Assembly: GCA_951406725.2 (NCBI GenBank) | Contig: OX597830.1 | Location: 54,126,001-54,190,000, forward strand | Length of the DNA stretch: 64,000 nucleotides | From: Octopus vulgaris | Lineage: Eukaryota | Direction: 5' to 3' | Notes under the pieces: generated by a model | The model's input: the letters and a program-made list of their open reading frames with translations, nothing else | Told to the model about the DNA's origin: nothing | The model's database searches: none | Part shown: positions 50,630 through 63,250 of the stretch, piece after piece | How the letters are laid out: the number at the start of each line of letters is the position of its first letter | Numbering within the stretch: position 1 is the first letter of the stretch | Program-made: the position numbers and the translations under genes

Positions 50630-51184
50630 ATATGTATATATGTATGTATACATGCGTGCATGTATGTATCTGTCTCTCTATTTGTCAATATCAATATATC
50701 TAGGAATATTTCTATGTATGAATATTTGTATGTATGTAAATGGTAACCCATTCAAACATACGACCATTTCAAATGCTTGATTTCTCTACGTTTCTATTCA
50801 AATGTACGATCTATTTTGTACTGAAAATAAGTCACCTTATTGACTAAACAATCCCTTCTATTTCGAGTGACTTTTGTAGACTAAAAAATTTTATCTTCGT
50901 TTTTGCAAACATAATTCTGAATAGCGTTTCAACCGGTTTGCTTTTACAAAACACCCACCCAAGCTCACCGATATTTTTAACCTGTTCTACTCCATTTTAA
51001 CTTCCTTTCGAATCTCATTATTCCCTGAAAAATCTAGAACAATGTCAGATAAGGTTACTTTTTTGACAAAATCGTGGCTTCTTCAATGTTTTGGCTGAGA
51101 CATCTACCATCCGATCAAAGCGAAAGCGTGATTTTTGACGTCATACATAATTTTTTATACTTCTACTATAGACACAAAAGTACG

Positions 51185-51333
51185 GCTTTGTCGATTACAT
51201 CGACCCCCAGTGCTCAAATGGTACTTATTTTATCGCCCCCGAAAGGATGAAAGGTAAAGTCTACCTCGGAGGAATTTGAACTCAGAGCGTAAAACCAGAA
51301 GAAATGCTAATGACTGTGCCAGTTCGCCGCCTC
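51185..51333 (-). mobile_element. MetaSINE-like SINE, degenerate
   Basis: GTCGATTACATCGACCCCCAGTGC...GAAAGGATGAAAGG...GGAATTTGAACTCAG. Confidence 0.75.
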
Positions 51334-51657
51334 ATATTAAACACATATATTGAGTGAAATGAATAGGCATTGTTGTGGGGTTAAGGGTTCGCTTTGCTAA
51401 CACGAAATTTATGATTCGGTCCGACGATGCGGAACCTTGGGCAAGTGTTTCTTATGTAACCCGGGTTGAACATTATTCTTGTAAGTGAATTTCATGGGAA
51501 GCAACACTCCAGAAGTCTGCTATGCATGTATATATTAACTCATTAAAACACGTGTATATTATTTTTTAAAAATCGTTTATAAAACTATAAAGCTATTAAA
51601 ATAATTATCAAATATGTTTTCTGCATTTCTCATTACATATATACATACATACATACT

Positions 51658-51709
<52 letters not shown>

Positions 51710-51714
<5 letters not shown>

Positions 51715-51881
51715 TAAGTAGCTTGCTTACCAACCACATGGTTCCGGGTTCAGTCCCACTGCGTGGCACCTTGGGCAAGTGTCTTCTACTATAGCCTCGG
51801 GCCGACCAAAGCCTTGTGAGTGGATTTGGTAGACGGAAACTGAAAGAAGCCCGTCGTATATATGTATATATATATGTGTGC

Positions 51882-51933
<52 letters not shown>

Positions 51934-52132
51934 TTGTGTGTCTGTATTTGTCCCCCTAGCATTGCTTTACAACTGATGCTGGTGTGTTTACGTCCCCGTC
52001 ACTTAGCGGTTCGGCAAAAGAGACCGATAGAATAAGTACTGGGCTTACAAAGAATAAGTCCTGGGGGTCGATTTGCTCGATTAAAGGCGGTGCTCCAGCA
52101 TGGCCGCAGTCAAATGACTGAAACAAGTAAAT
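51710..52132 (+). mobile_element. Octopus-type tRNA-derived SINE (OK/OR-like) with internal (TA)/(TG) tract
   Basis: GTGGTAAGTAGCTTGC...GGTTCCGGGTTCAGTCCCACTGCGTGGCACCTTGGGCAAGTGTC...GACTGAAACAAGTAAA. Confidence 0.85.
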
Positions 52133-52796
52133 ATATATATATATATGTATTATTACCGGAGGCTATGGTTGACACCAGTCGCTCAAAGTGCCACGCAGAA
52201 GGCTCGAACACACAACTAAGGGTCTTCGAATCGAACTTCTTAAGCACTCATTCTTAAGGCCAGCCACATATAACCGACTTGGAGTGGGAGAGTAGGGGAT
52301 GAGCGACAATTATGAGGTGAAGAGGTCAGTGTATATTAGAGATATTTCCATGAATCTATGTCAGTATTAGAGATGTATCTGATGTCTGTAACTAGAGCAG
52401 AAATAGCGACTGAGGGAAGTGGAGACGAAGCTTCAACTAGTCTCGTCTAGTTATTACCGCTTCAGCTATTCCAACTATGTCAAGCTTTGCTGAATCATGT
52501 ACATGCGTACGCACATGCACACACGCATGAATTTTCACACACACGCACACACACATGAATATTCACACACACAACTGTATAATGGTATGATCATAATATT
52601 TATTCTCCTATTTGAAGCGACAATTTTTAAATTCAAACAAATGACCGAAACATGATGAGCTAACCCAAATCAGAATCGAACCCACAAATCGATTCTTACA
52701 CAGCTTCTTGCACATCCGATGAGCCAAACTCTCAGCCATCGATTTCAGTCAAATTTAGCTAATATATACTTAAACTGTCTAATACTACATATAAAA

Positions 52797-52923
52797 TTTA
52801 TAAACAAACCCGAAAGGCTTTGTAAGTTACGGAGAGAAAGCTACTATCGAAAACTCGTACTAGGAGTCTTCCATAGTAGCTTTCTCTCCGTAACTTACAA
52901 AGCCTTTCGGGTTTGTTTATAAA
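52797..52923. repeat. Near-perfect ~127-bp palindrome
   Basis: TTTATAAACAAACCCGAAAGGCTTTGTAAGTTACGGAGAGAAAGCTACTAT..., a 7-nt loop, then the reverse complement. Confidence 0.92.
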
Positions 52924-52926
52924 AAT

Positions 52927-52984
<58 letters not shown>

Positions 52985-52986
<2 letters not shown>

Positions 52987-53725
52987 AGAAAGCTGTTAGA
53001 TTCACAGCAAGATATATGGAAACCAAAAACTCAAACGAAGTTAAAAACCAGAAAAAAGAACAGAAGTTATCGGACTGGCTGATTCCCGAAGATAGTTGCA
53101 GCAAATAGTAGTAGTGAGACATGGTTATTGTTGCAGAAAGGCAAGCTGAAAAGGGAGACAAAAAGTTTGTTAACAGCTGCACAAGATCAAGCATTAAGGA
53201 CCAATTGGATAAAAGCTAAGATAGACAAAACCATGTAGATTCCCAATGTAGGTTATGCAAATCAAAAGCGTTACTCATATAGTAAGTGAACGTAGCATGC
53301 CGGCACATGAAGAATACAAGAAAAGACATGACAATCTAGGGAGAGTAATCTACTGGAAGTTATGTAGAAAGCTAGGATTTGAACATACTGATAAATGGTA
53401 GTAGTTGATAAAGAGAATAGAAAGTGTAAGATAATTAACTACACAGTCCCAAATGAAGAAAAATCAATATAGGAGGTATGGGGAAAATAGCGAAGCCCCA
53501 GGATCTAGCCATTGAATTACAGAGACTATGGAAGGGGCCGGTAAAATGCATCCCAGTAGTTATAGGTGCATTGGGAACTATCCCTAAGGATCTGAAGAGA
53601 TGGATAGAGGATAGTGTTATTAGAGAGAGCTAGGACACTTAGGAGGGTTCTTGGCATCTAAAATTACTTGTTGTAGCCCGATATATGGGTTGTTTCTTTT
53701 CCAACAGTCAGATCTGTTGTGCGTA
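52985..53725 (+). mobile_element. R4/Dong-like non-LTR retrotransposon 3' remnant (CCHC plus restriction-like endonuclease region)
   Basis: LLTAAQDQALRTNWIKAKID...CRLCKS...HIVSE...YKKRHDNLGRVIYWKLC...DLAIELQRLWK..VKCIPVVIGALGTIPK. Followed by (GAT)n(AAT)n. Confidence 0.8.
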
Positions 53726-53757
53726 TATGATGATGATGATGATGATGATGTTGTTGT

Positions 53758-53849
<92 letters not shown>

Positions 53850-54166
53850 GATTTGAGGAGACTTGTTGTCACCAATGCTCAAGAATAACATTCCTGCTAA
53901 TTAAATTAATATGTTATAGCTTTTGGAATAATGATAATGTATAATTATTTATTCCCCCTCTTGGGGAATTATTCATTGTTAGAATTTTATTTTGTTATTT
54001 TGTTTTTTTTTTTTACTTTTTACACGCTTTTTGTGTAACTCCATAAAATATTGGCCTGTACCGTCCTCAATGATTTTTATAAAAAAAAACATAATAATAA
54101 TAATAATAATAATCATAATAATAATGATAACAATAATAATAATAATAATCATAATAATAATAATTA

Positions 54167-54542
54167 CTAGCACTATGACCCGGCAACACCAGGTCATAGT
54201 GCTATTGCAAGCATATACAGCTGCGTGTGTGCGCACATACACGCGAGTACTGTCCAAATCTCCGACCAATCACATACAGCTAGCTGGCATTCAATTGGCG
54301 TATCAAGTTTCGGGCATTTTGATTGGGTTTTGGATAGAAAATTCACAAAAATGTCACTTCTATTGATTTTTTAATGGCTTTGCGGGGTGACTGGGGAAAT
54401 GTAAAGATGTGCACGACCACACTTGGACGGTTTTGAATGACCATAGAAAGTGCGAGCCCTCTAACTGAAAAATTGTGGATTTGTATAAAGGATATATACA
54501 CACACACACAGACATACATTTTGCCGTTTACATATACATAGA
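54167..54542 (-). mobile_element. Short non-autonomous Helitron (376 bp)
   Basis: Minus strand begins A|TCTATGTATATGTAAA and ends with hairpin GACCTGG-tgttg-CCGGGTC then ATAGTG-CTAG|T. No TSD. Confidence 0.7.
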
Positions 54543-54554
54543 TATTATTATTGA

Positions 54555-55330
54555 GGCGGTGAGTTGAGAGAATCGTTAGCACGCTGGGTAAAATGCTTAG
54601 CGGCATTTCGTCCGTCCTTACGTTCTGAGTTCAAATTCCGCCGAGGTCGACTTTGTCTTTCATCCTTTTGGGACCGATTAAATAAGTACCAGTTACGCAC
54701 TTGGGTCGAGATAATCGACTTAATCCGTTTGTCTGTCCTTGTTTGTCCCTTCTGTGTGTAGCCCCTTGTGGGGCAGTAAAGAAATAGGTGTTTCGTCTGT
54801 TTTTGCGATCTGAGTTCAAATTCCGCCGAGGTCAACTTTGTCTTTCATCCTTTTGGGACCGATTAAATAAGTACCAGTTACGCACTTGGGTCGATATAAT
54901 CGACTTAATCCGTTTGTCTGTCCTTGTTTGTCCCTTCTGTGTGTAGCCCCTTGTGGGGCAGTAAAGAAATAGGTGTTTCGTCTGTTTTTGCGATCTGAGT
55001 TCAAATTCCGCCGAGGTCAACTTTGTCTTTCATCCTTTTGGGACCGATTAAATAAGTACCAGTTACGCACTTGGGTCGATATAATCGACTTAATCCATTT
55101 GTCTGTCCTTGTTTGTCCCTTCTGTGTGTAGCGTAGCCCCTTGTGGGGCAGTAAAGAAATAGGTGTTTCGTCTGTTTTTGCGATCTGAGTTCAAATTCCG
55201 CCGAGGTCGACTTAGCCTTTCATCCTTTCGAGGGGTCGATGAAGCAAGTGCCAACTGAGCACTGGGACCGGTGTAATTGACTAACTACCACCCACCAAAA
55301 TTTGGACCTTGTGCCGAGAGTAGAAAGGAT
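54555..55330 (+). mobile_element. Tandem array of MetaSINE-like SINE (three ~185-bp units plus a terminal copy with a different tail)
   Basis: Junction AAGAAATAG|GTGTTTCGTCTG repeats at ~54785, 54970 and 55160. Confidence 0.92.
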
Positions 55331-56230
55331 TGTTGTTGTTATCGCTGCTATTATTTCGTTAAAGGTCGGCCAAAATACCTTACAGTAGCTAGTTTAGAGC
55401 TCTTTAGTCTTGAGTTCAAACCCTACCGCGGTCAACTTTGCTTTCCACATTTCCTACGTCATTAAAATTAATTACTAGTCATATAACTAGACGACGATCT
55501 AATTACCATCAAGAACCCCTCGCCAATCAAAATTCTTTTTGCCTCGCACTTAGATGAGGAAATCGTTATTATAAGCATTGTATTTGTGTATGTGTTTGGT
55601 TGTGCGTATATGAATACATGCATATATGTATGTGTGATCGTATGTACATATGCACATATATATATATACACACACACACACATTCATGCATACATATGTA
55701 TTTGTATGTGTGAATGCGTGTGTGTATATGCCTGAGTGAATGCCTAAGTATCTCTATTAGTTTATATGCGCGTGTAGATTACATATTTTCCATCCACTCC
55801 CATTGGCGTTAATTTTTGAAACATCCCAACAGACACACCTTTGTTACTGTCTGAAGCCTAGTTTCATGTTGTTGTCTTATCTGCTCTCTGTCTGCCTATC
55901 TTTCTGTTTTTCTCTCTGCTTCTCTTTATTTCTCTCTCTCTCTTTCTCTCCTCTCTCTCTCTATATATATATATATCTCCCCCTCACAACACTTTTCTTC
56001 TGTATTTCTGTCAACAATTAATCCCTCTGTCTTTCATAATTAGCCCTACTTTCTTTGAGGCTTACCCAATTACTTTTTGCTTACTCCACTCTCTTTTATG
56101 ACATTGGCCCACATGCTATAATACTTTTTTCCCCACTCAATTCTTACAGAGACAGAATTTACCAGCGTCATCCGAGCTTAGCCTACCATCTCTCTTAGGT
56201 AAGTCTTTTCTCTTTCAAAATTATTAACAA

Positions 56231-56580
56231 CGTTCCGGGTTCAGTCCCACTGCGTGGCACCTTGGGCAAGTGTCTTCTACTATAGCCTCGGGCTGACCAA
56301 AGCCTTGTGAGTTGATTTGGTAGACGGAAACTGAAAGAAGCCCGTCGTATATATGTATATATATGTGTGTGTGTTTGTGTGTCTGTGTTTGTTCCCCTAG
56401 CATCGCTTGACAACCGATGTTGGTGTGTTTACGTCCCCGTAAGTTAGCGGTTCGGCAAAAGAGACCGATAGAATAAGTAGTAGGCTTATAAAGAATAAGT
56501 CCTGGGGGTCGATTTCCTCGACTAAAGGCGGTGCTCCAGCATGGCCGCAGTCAAATGACTGAAACAAGTAGAAGAGTAAC
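56231..56580 (+). mobile_element. Octopus-type SINE, 5'-truncated
   Basis: High similarity to 51740-52130. Confidence 0.85.
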
Positions 56581-57679
56581 GTTAATGAAATCTCTTCACA
56601 GTCTCTAATCTCTGCTCCGACAGGTTTATGGTCGAACCTGTGACAGCAGACCCCCTCCGGCGTTCTCGGATCCCGGACCATATCCCTGCTCATCGCTACA
56701 CAAGTGCGAGCCTTATAAATCAGAGTGGCTGTTCCAGCGCATCTCCCTCGCCATCCTGCGAGGCATCACCTTTTCCATATTATCTGCTGGAACCACGAGG
56801 GATCTGAATTATCAAAAATCGAGGGAATGTAAGAACTTCCTAACTTCATTCTCTGTTCTTTCTTCCTTCCTTCCTTTCTTTTTCTTTCGATTTCGTTGGG
56901 CGCACATTATTTACAACAAGTCCCTTACATACTTAACAATCACCCGGTTGTAGAAGTTCTTCTTCCTCTCTCCATGGTCCTTCGAACTCTTAAATATTTA
57001 CATTTTTCCATGTTGGTCAATCCCCTTCTTCTTTCTATGCTTATCCCGATCTTTCGGGAACAACCTGCGGACGACCGTAACTATATTCATTCCCACATAA
57101 CCTTCTACTTTCCATGATTAACTGCAAACTGGTGAACTATGTCGCTGTCTTGTAGCAGAGTTCGTGGTGTCATCGCTGATAACATATGACTGATTTTACG
57201 GTTAGCCCCTCTGTTTCACTGTTTAATGTTGTTGTAGTGGTGGTGGTGGCTGCTGCTGTCGTTGTGATGATGTTGTTGAGGTTAGCTCTGGTCATCCCTG
57301 ATTAAGCGGACTTATAATGAAAGACGTTCCAATCACGATCATCCATTCGGCACAATGTATCTAGGACGACATAACCCGATATGTAATTCTTCTTTTTCTA
57401 AGATGGCAGAATGATTTTGAAGAAGATTTGGCTATTGTTTCTGGCATTCCTACAGATGTGTACACCCAACTTTGTTTCCATATAACCTCTAGAAAAATGG
57501 ATATTTTTTTTTTGAAATTTTTTACGAATACGCTTCAGATGATGTAGATTCTGATAACATTGGAATTTATTGTAAAAAAAAAGTTTTTCTGTGGGTGGGA
57601 AGAGGAGTTTCGGATAATTCACACGGGTTGGCTTTGTTTCTTCATAACTTTCAGAATTTTTTTTTATTCTTGTATTTTT

Positions 57680-58165
<486 letters not shown>

Positions 58166-58564
58166 ATCCTTATGCATACAATGGGTTGTTTTCAATGAAA
58201 TTTTCTACAAAACTTTTCAGAGTGAGTAAATTGCAATTATATCGGAATTTGATGCGAATAGTAGAATAGTGAGCACACACACTGATACGCATGACAGTGT
58301 TTTTCGAAATTTCAAGTGTCTTTTTATATATACGTGTATTACTATATATGTGTACGAGCCCACCACATTTTTTAAAAATTAGTTCCCAATGCACTCGCAA
58401 TCTATACACGCTGAAAAATGTTTATAAAAAATTTAATTAAAAAAAAAAAAAAAAACCCCATTTTTCTGAAAGTTACAAGTAAAGGAAGTCGTCGTGTGTG
58501 AATTTTCTGAAACTCCCCACCCCACCCACGGAAAATAGTTTTCACCACATATTCCGATATATAA

Positions 58565-58984
58565 TTCTTTATTGCCCACAAGAGGCTAAACACAGAGGGG
58601 ACAAACAAGGACAGACAAAAGGATTAAGTCGGTTACATCGACCCCAGTGCGTAACTGGTACTTATTTAATCGACCCTGAAAGGATGAAAGGCAAAGTTGA
58701 TCTCGGCGGAATTTGAACTCAGAACGTAACGGCAGACGAAATACCTGTTTCTATTTCTTTACTACCCACAAAGGGCTAAACACAGAGGGGACAAACAAGG
58801 ACAGACAAAGGGATTAAGTCGATTACATCGACCCCAGTGCGTAACTGGTACTTATTTAATAGACCCTGAAAGGATGAAAGGCAAAGTTGATCTCGGCGGA
58901 ATTTGAACTCAGAACGTAACGGCAGACGAAATACCACTAAGTATTTCGCCCGGCGTGCTAATGTTTTTGCCAGCTCCCCGCCTT
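58565..58984 (-). mobile_element. MetaSINE-like SINE dimer (nested), TSD about TTCCGATATA
   Basis: Two ~188-bp units joined at GAAATACC-TGTTTCTATTTC. TTCCGATATA flanks both sides. Confidence 0.88.
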
Positions 58985-59201
58985 TTCCGATATAATCAGA
59001 TTCTACACTATCTGAAGCATATTCGTTGAAAATTTCATTAAAAATATATCCATTTTACTGGGAGTTATGAGGCAATAAAGTCGTGGCGGGGGCGGGGTAC
59101 ACATCTGTAAGAATGCCCTGTTTCTAGAATAATGGACTACCATTGGAGATAGAGGTTCCTTACTTGATTCAAGTGTGCAACGTAGAGGTTCAGAGTTCAC
59201 A

Positions 59202-59844
59202 CGGATCTTTTCCTTTTGGACGGCAGATGACAACACAATTTCAAGTTAACTAAACACTTTTAAACTTCGTATACTGGTATACATCATTTTCTGTTGGTTT
59301 TATTGAGAAAATTCTATAGTTTCTATGATATTTCGTCTGAAAATCCGAGCATTTCGGCAATTTTAACCAATCGATTACCTCCATTCAACTAAAATCATTT
59401 GCTGCGTCTAAAACTGAGACAACATCCTGTAACTAACCCTGAGCCTCCCCCCTAACCCTAACCCTAACCCTAAATTTTTTTTTCTTAATTGTTAAATTAA
59501 TTTGATTCCATTGCTTTAGTTTTTTTACACGCGTAACAATTAAATTAATTTAACAATTAAGAAAAAAAAATTAGGGTTAGGGTTAGGGTTAGGGGGAGGC
59601 TTAGGGTTAGTTACAGGATGTTGTCTCAGTTTTAGACGCAGCAAATGATTTTAGCTCAAAAGAGAGCATAGGATTGGTTAAAATTCGAAAACTTAAACTA
59701 CGTTAAACAAACAAATTACAATTTTCTCAAGAAAGCCAAGAGAAAAAAATGTTTTATTTTGACACATTCTACCAGTATACGAAGTTTTAGTTAACTAGTT
59801 TTAGTTAACTAGGAATTGCCTGCCATTCAAAAGGAAAAGATCCG
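59202..59844. mobile_element. Fold-back MITE carrying telomeric repeats in its arms, TSD TTCACA
   Basis: TIR CGGATCTTTTCCTTTTG / CAAAAGGAAAAGATCCG. TTCACA lies at 59196-59201 and 59845-59850. The inner ~115-bp arms carry (CCCTAA)3-4 and (TTAGGG)3-4. Confidence 0.85.
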
Positions 59845-60013
59845 TTCACACTACAGCAGGATGAAGTCTAGGAAACTATATTATATCACCTGTTTGTAGA
59901 GGAGGTCAATTAGGACAGGTCGACGTGACTTAATAAATCATTGATAAAATGTTCTCACCTTTTCTTTCTTCCCCACCTCTTCCTCTGTGTCTTTCTCCCT
60001 GCTTATCCATCCC

Positions 60014-60055
<42 letters not shown>

Positions 60056-60093
60056 GAAATGTCTGCCTTTATACATGTGTATACATGCATTAG

Positions 60094-60161
<68 letters not shown>

Positions 60162-60318
60162 CTGTGTGTGTGCATCTGTGTGTGTGTACATGTGGTTTTA
60201 TGTACAGTCATACATACAGTGAAATATTAAATGATAGATGCAAGTAGGATATCAAAGGCAGAGCCCGCACGCGGCGAAACTTCAAAGTCACTGACATGTT
60301 TTCCTTACAAGTGAATAG

Positions 60319-60376
<58 letters not shown>

Positions 60377-60441
60377 GGTCCCGGGTTGAGTCGGGGTTAA
60401 CCACAGTAAATAAGGTACTCAATACATAGCAGAGTAAATTA

Positions 60442-60520
60442 ATTTATTTTATAGAAGGAGCTTCCTGATGATTTCATTTGAATGAAACAGTTCTAGTCCT
60501 GTAGAAGCTCCTTCTATAAA

Positions 60521-60526
<6 letters not shown>
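60442..60526 (+). ncRNA. Type I hammerhead ribozyme motif, copy 1
   Basis: 23-bp perfect stem I; CTGATGA (60465-60471); weak stem II TTC-attt-GAA; GAAA; stem III ACAG/CTGT; GUA cleavage triplet. Confidence 0.65.
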
Positions 60527-60597
<71 letters not shown>

Positions 60598-60662
60598 GGT
60601 CCCGGGTTGAGTCGGGGTTAACCACAGTAAATAAGGTACTCAATACATAGCAGAGTAAATTA

Positions 60663-60747
60663 ATTTATTTTATAGAAGGAGCTTCCTGATGATTTCATTT
60701 GAATGAAACAGTTCTAGTCCTGTAGAAGCTCCTTCTATAAAATAAAT
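60663..60747 (+). ncRNA. Type I hammerhead ribozyme motif, copy 2
   Basis: Identical to copy 1, offset by 221 nt. Confidence 0.65.
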
Positions 60748-60907
60748 ATATATATATATAAAGAACATGAGGGGCTTCGTTCATTTGTGATCTAAACGAA
60801 TTTGTACGCTGAGTAAGTGCTATAGTTGGTCGTCAGTTTGGTTCCAAGTTCACAGCTGAAGCTGGATCTAGGGATCCGTATTAGGGTTCCGTTTATAGCA
60901 GGTATGC

Positions 60908-61359
60908 ATTATATTAGAGGAAAAAGCAAAACCATGGCAGAACGAGTATGTCAAGTCATAAAGAATAATTTAATTAGGGCAAGGTGAATTAGAAGTCTTA
61001 CAGCCGTTTCTGGGATAACCCAAGTGGTAGGTTAGCATGTCCACGCACTGGGTACTCCGTCATCAGAGACAAGGTAAGATTCACAATTTATAAGGAATAA
61101 AATAAAAGAATAAAGGAATTTTATTCCTTATAAACTGTGAATTCATTTTATTGCTTGTAAGCTGTAAATTTTCTCTGTCTAAAATATTCATACCTTGTCT
61201 CTGATGACGGAGTACCCATAGCATGGACATGCTAACCTACCACTTGGGTTATCCCAGAAACGGCTGTAAGGCTTCAGATTCACTTCACCCTAATTAAATT
61301 ATTCTAAACGACTTGAGATACTTGTTCTGCCTTGGTTTTGATTTTTCCTTTAATATAAT
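60908..61359. mobile_element. Penelope-like fold-back: ~170-bp diverged inverted arms, each with a hammerhead motif
   Basis: GTCT-CTGATGA-CGGAGTACCCA...TGGGTTATCCCA-GAAA-CGGCTG-TA-AG(G/A)C on + (61197-61272) and on - (~60995-61070). Confidence 0.65.
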
Positions 61360-61449
61360 ATGTGCGTGTGTGTGTGTGTGTGTGTATATATATGAGGGCT
61401 ATTATCTCCCTTCTCCCTAACTCTCCTGTGTGACCCTTCTGTCCGGCAT

Positions 61450-61597
61450 TCGCCATGATAGATCGCTAGCCACTACACATTCTTTATTTTCTCCCCTTGT
61501 TTCTTTCTGTGTTCCTTTCTGTGGAAGAGCGTAGGCTCGAAAAGTTAAAGACTTTTTCACTTCCCTGTCTTCGTCTTTTGTTTTTTTGTGAATTCTC

Positions 61598-61648
<51 letters not shown>

Positions 61649-61663
61649 TTTTTGTGAATTCTC

Positions 61664-61670
<7 letters not shown>
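61450..61670 (-). mobile_element. Penelope-like pLTR fragment (family of 40488-42125)
   Basis: GCCATGATAGATCGCTAGCCACTACAC...GAAGAGCGTAGGCTCGAAA, ending in (TA)n. Confidence 0.55.
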
Positions 61671-61702
<32 letters not shown>

Positions 61703-61705
<3 letters not shown>

Positions 61706-62363
61706 TAATCTCTCGCGGGTGTTAAGTCCCAAAGCCCCTGCGATTGGTGAAAGTTCACGAAGTAGAAACAGTACTGTTCTGTATAATATTTTTTAATATT
61801 TTTATAATTTATATATATTTATTTTATTATTTTTATATATTTAAGCTTTTATAAACTCTCCTCACACTCTTAGGAATACCCGTGTCTTTTTTTTTTTTTT
61901 TTTGCATGTCTCAGAGTCTCACATTTTCTGCGCTTGGGTTCACTGCCAGAAGCCTTAGAAGGTGTAGAATGTTTGAGCAACATCGTAGGGCTAGAAATAA
62001 ATTTACAATTTTTCACACAAATGCCTCCCGAGTTTTGTTTTCTATACAGTACGTGTGATTCTTTGTTTACTCATTCTTTTAATATATTTTAATTAATGTG
62101 TTATACAGTGCAGTACTGTTCTATATTTTTATTTATTAATCTATCAATTAATAAATAATAAATAAGCGTAAAAATGCTTATTTTACCACAGAAATAATTA
62201 AAATCTAAAAAAAATATAAATACCTATCGGCCACAGAAATCCGTGATATACTGAGGATTCTGCGAAATAAATTTATGTTTATTAGCCAGAAAAATCCGCA
62301 AAGTACTGAGGGCGCGATAGGTGAACCGCGATAGGTGAACCGCGATATGGCGTGTGGTCACTG
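61703..62363. mobile_element. Tigger/pogo-like MITE
   Basis: TA|CAGT...ACTG|TA termini, with subterminal GCGAT(T/A)GGTGAA repeats. Confidence 0.6.
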
Positions 62364-62636
62364 TATATGAAAGTAATAATTTAAATGAGAAAAGAAGTCA
62401 AATTGACTTTACAGTTCTTTCTGTAAATGGACAATACTTTTTATTCCATATCTCATAGAATGTTATGTAATTATGTAATTCCCAAAATTTTATGTTCTAC
62501 AAGATGTAATGTATGGAAATATGTAATAATTCTTTCGTTCGTTCACATCCTCAGATGTCATATTTGAAAGTACCAACGACCAATTGAATATTGGGATGAT
62601 TAATTGCCAAGATTATAAATATCACCACCAATATAC

Positions 62637-62667
<31 letters not shown>

Positions 62668-62899
62668 ACGTTTTATAATTATGAGTATAATTATAATTAG
62701 GGTTCAGCAAAAAAAAAAATTGCTTTGCCACATACCGAACTTTTAAAAATAGCAGCCAAAGAACTTAGCTATTTCTTCTACTATAAGTTTACCGTAAATG
62801 ATCCTTTTTACATGCTGAACATTACTTGGTAGAATTATTAATTACTAATTAATTAATTAATTTTACCCTTTATCATATATATATATATATATATATATA

Positions 62900-63250
62900 T
62901 GGTTCCGGTCCCACTGCGTGGCACCTTGGGCAAGTGTCTTCTACTGTAACCTCGGGCCGACCAAAGCCTTGCGAGTGGATTTGGTAGACGGAAACTGAAA
63001 GAAGCCCGTCGTATATATGTATAAGTATGTGTATGTTTGTGTGTTGTGTTTGTCCCCGCCCCCCAACATCGCTTGACAACCGATGCTGGTGTGTTTATGT
63101 CCCCGTAACTTAGCGGTTCGTCAAAAGAGACCGATAGAATAAGTACTGGGCTTACAAAGAATAAGTCCTGGGCTCGATTTGCTCGACTAAAGGCGGTGCT
63201 CCAGCATGACCACAGTCACATGACTGAAACAAGTAAAAGAGTAAAGAGTA
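62900..63250 (+). mobile_element. Octopus-type SINE, 5'-truncated
   Basis: Matches the 51740-52130 family, ending AAGTAAAAGAGTAAAGAG. Confidence 0.85.

Larger units (their letters stand above)
60374..60760 (+). repeat. Two tandem 221-bp units, each containing a hammerhead motif
   Basis: Units start at 60374 and 60595 and are identical apart from (TA)n length. Confidence 0.9.

Noticed and set aside
56580-57190. Possible coding or retroelement remnant
   Set aside because: No recognisable motif could be read with confidence, so it was left unannotated.
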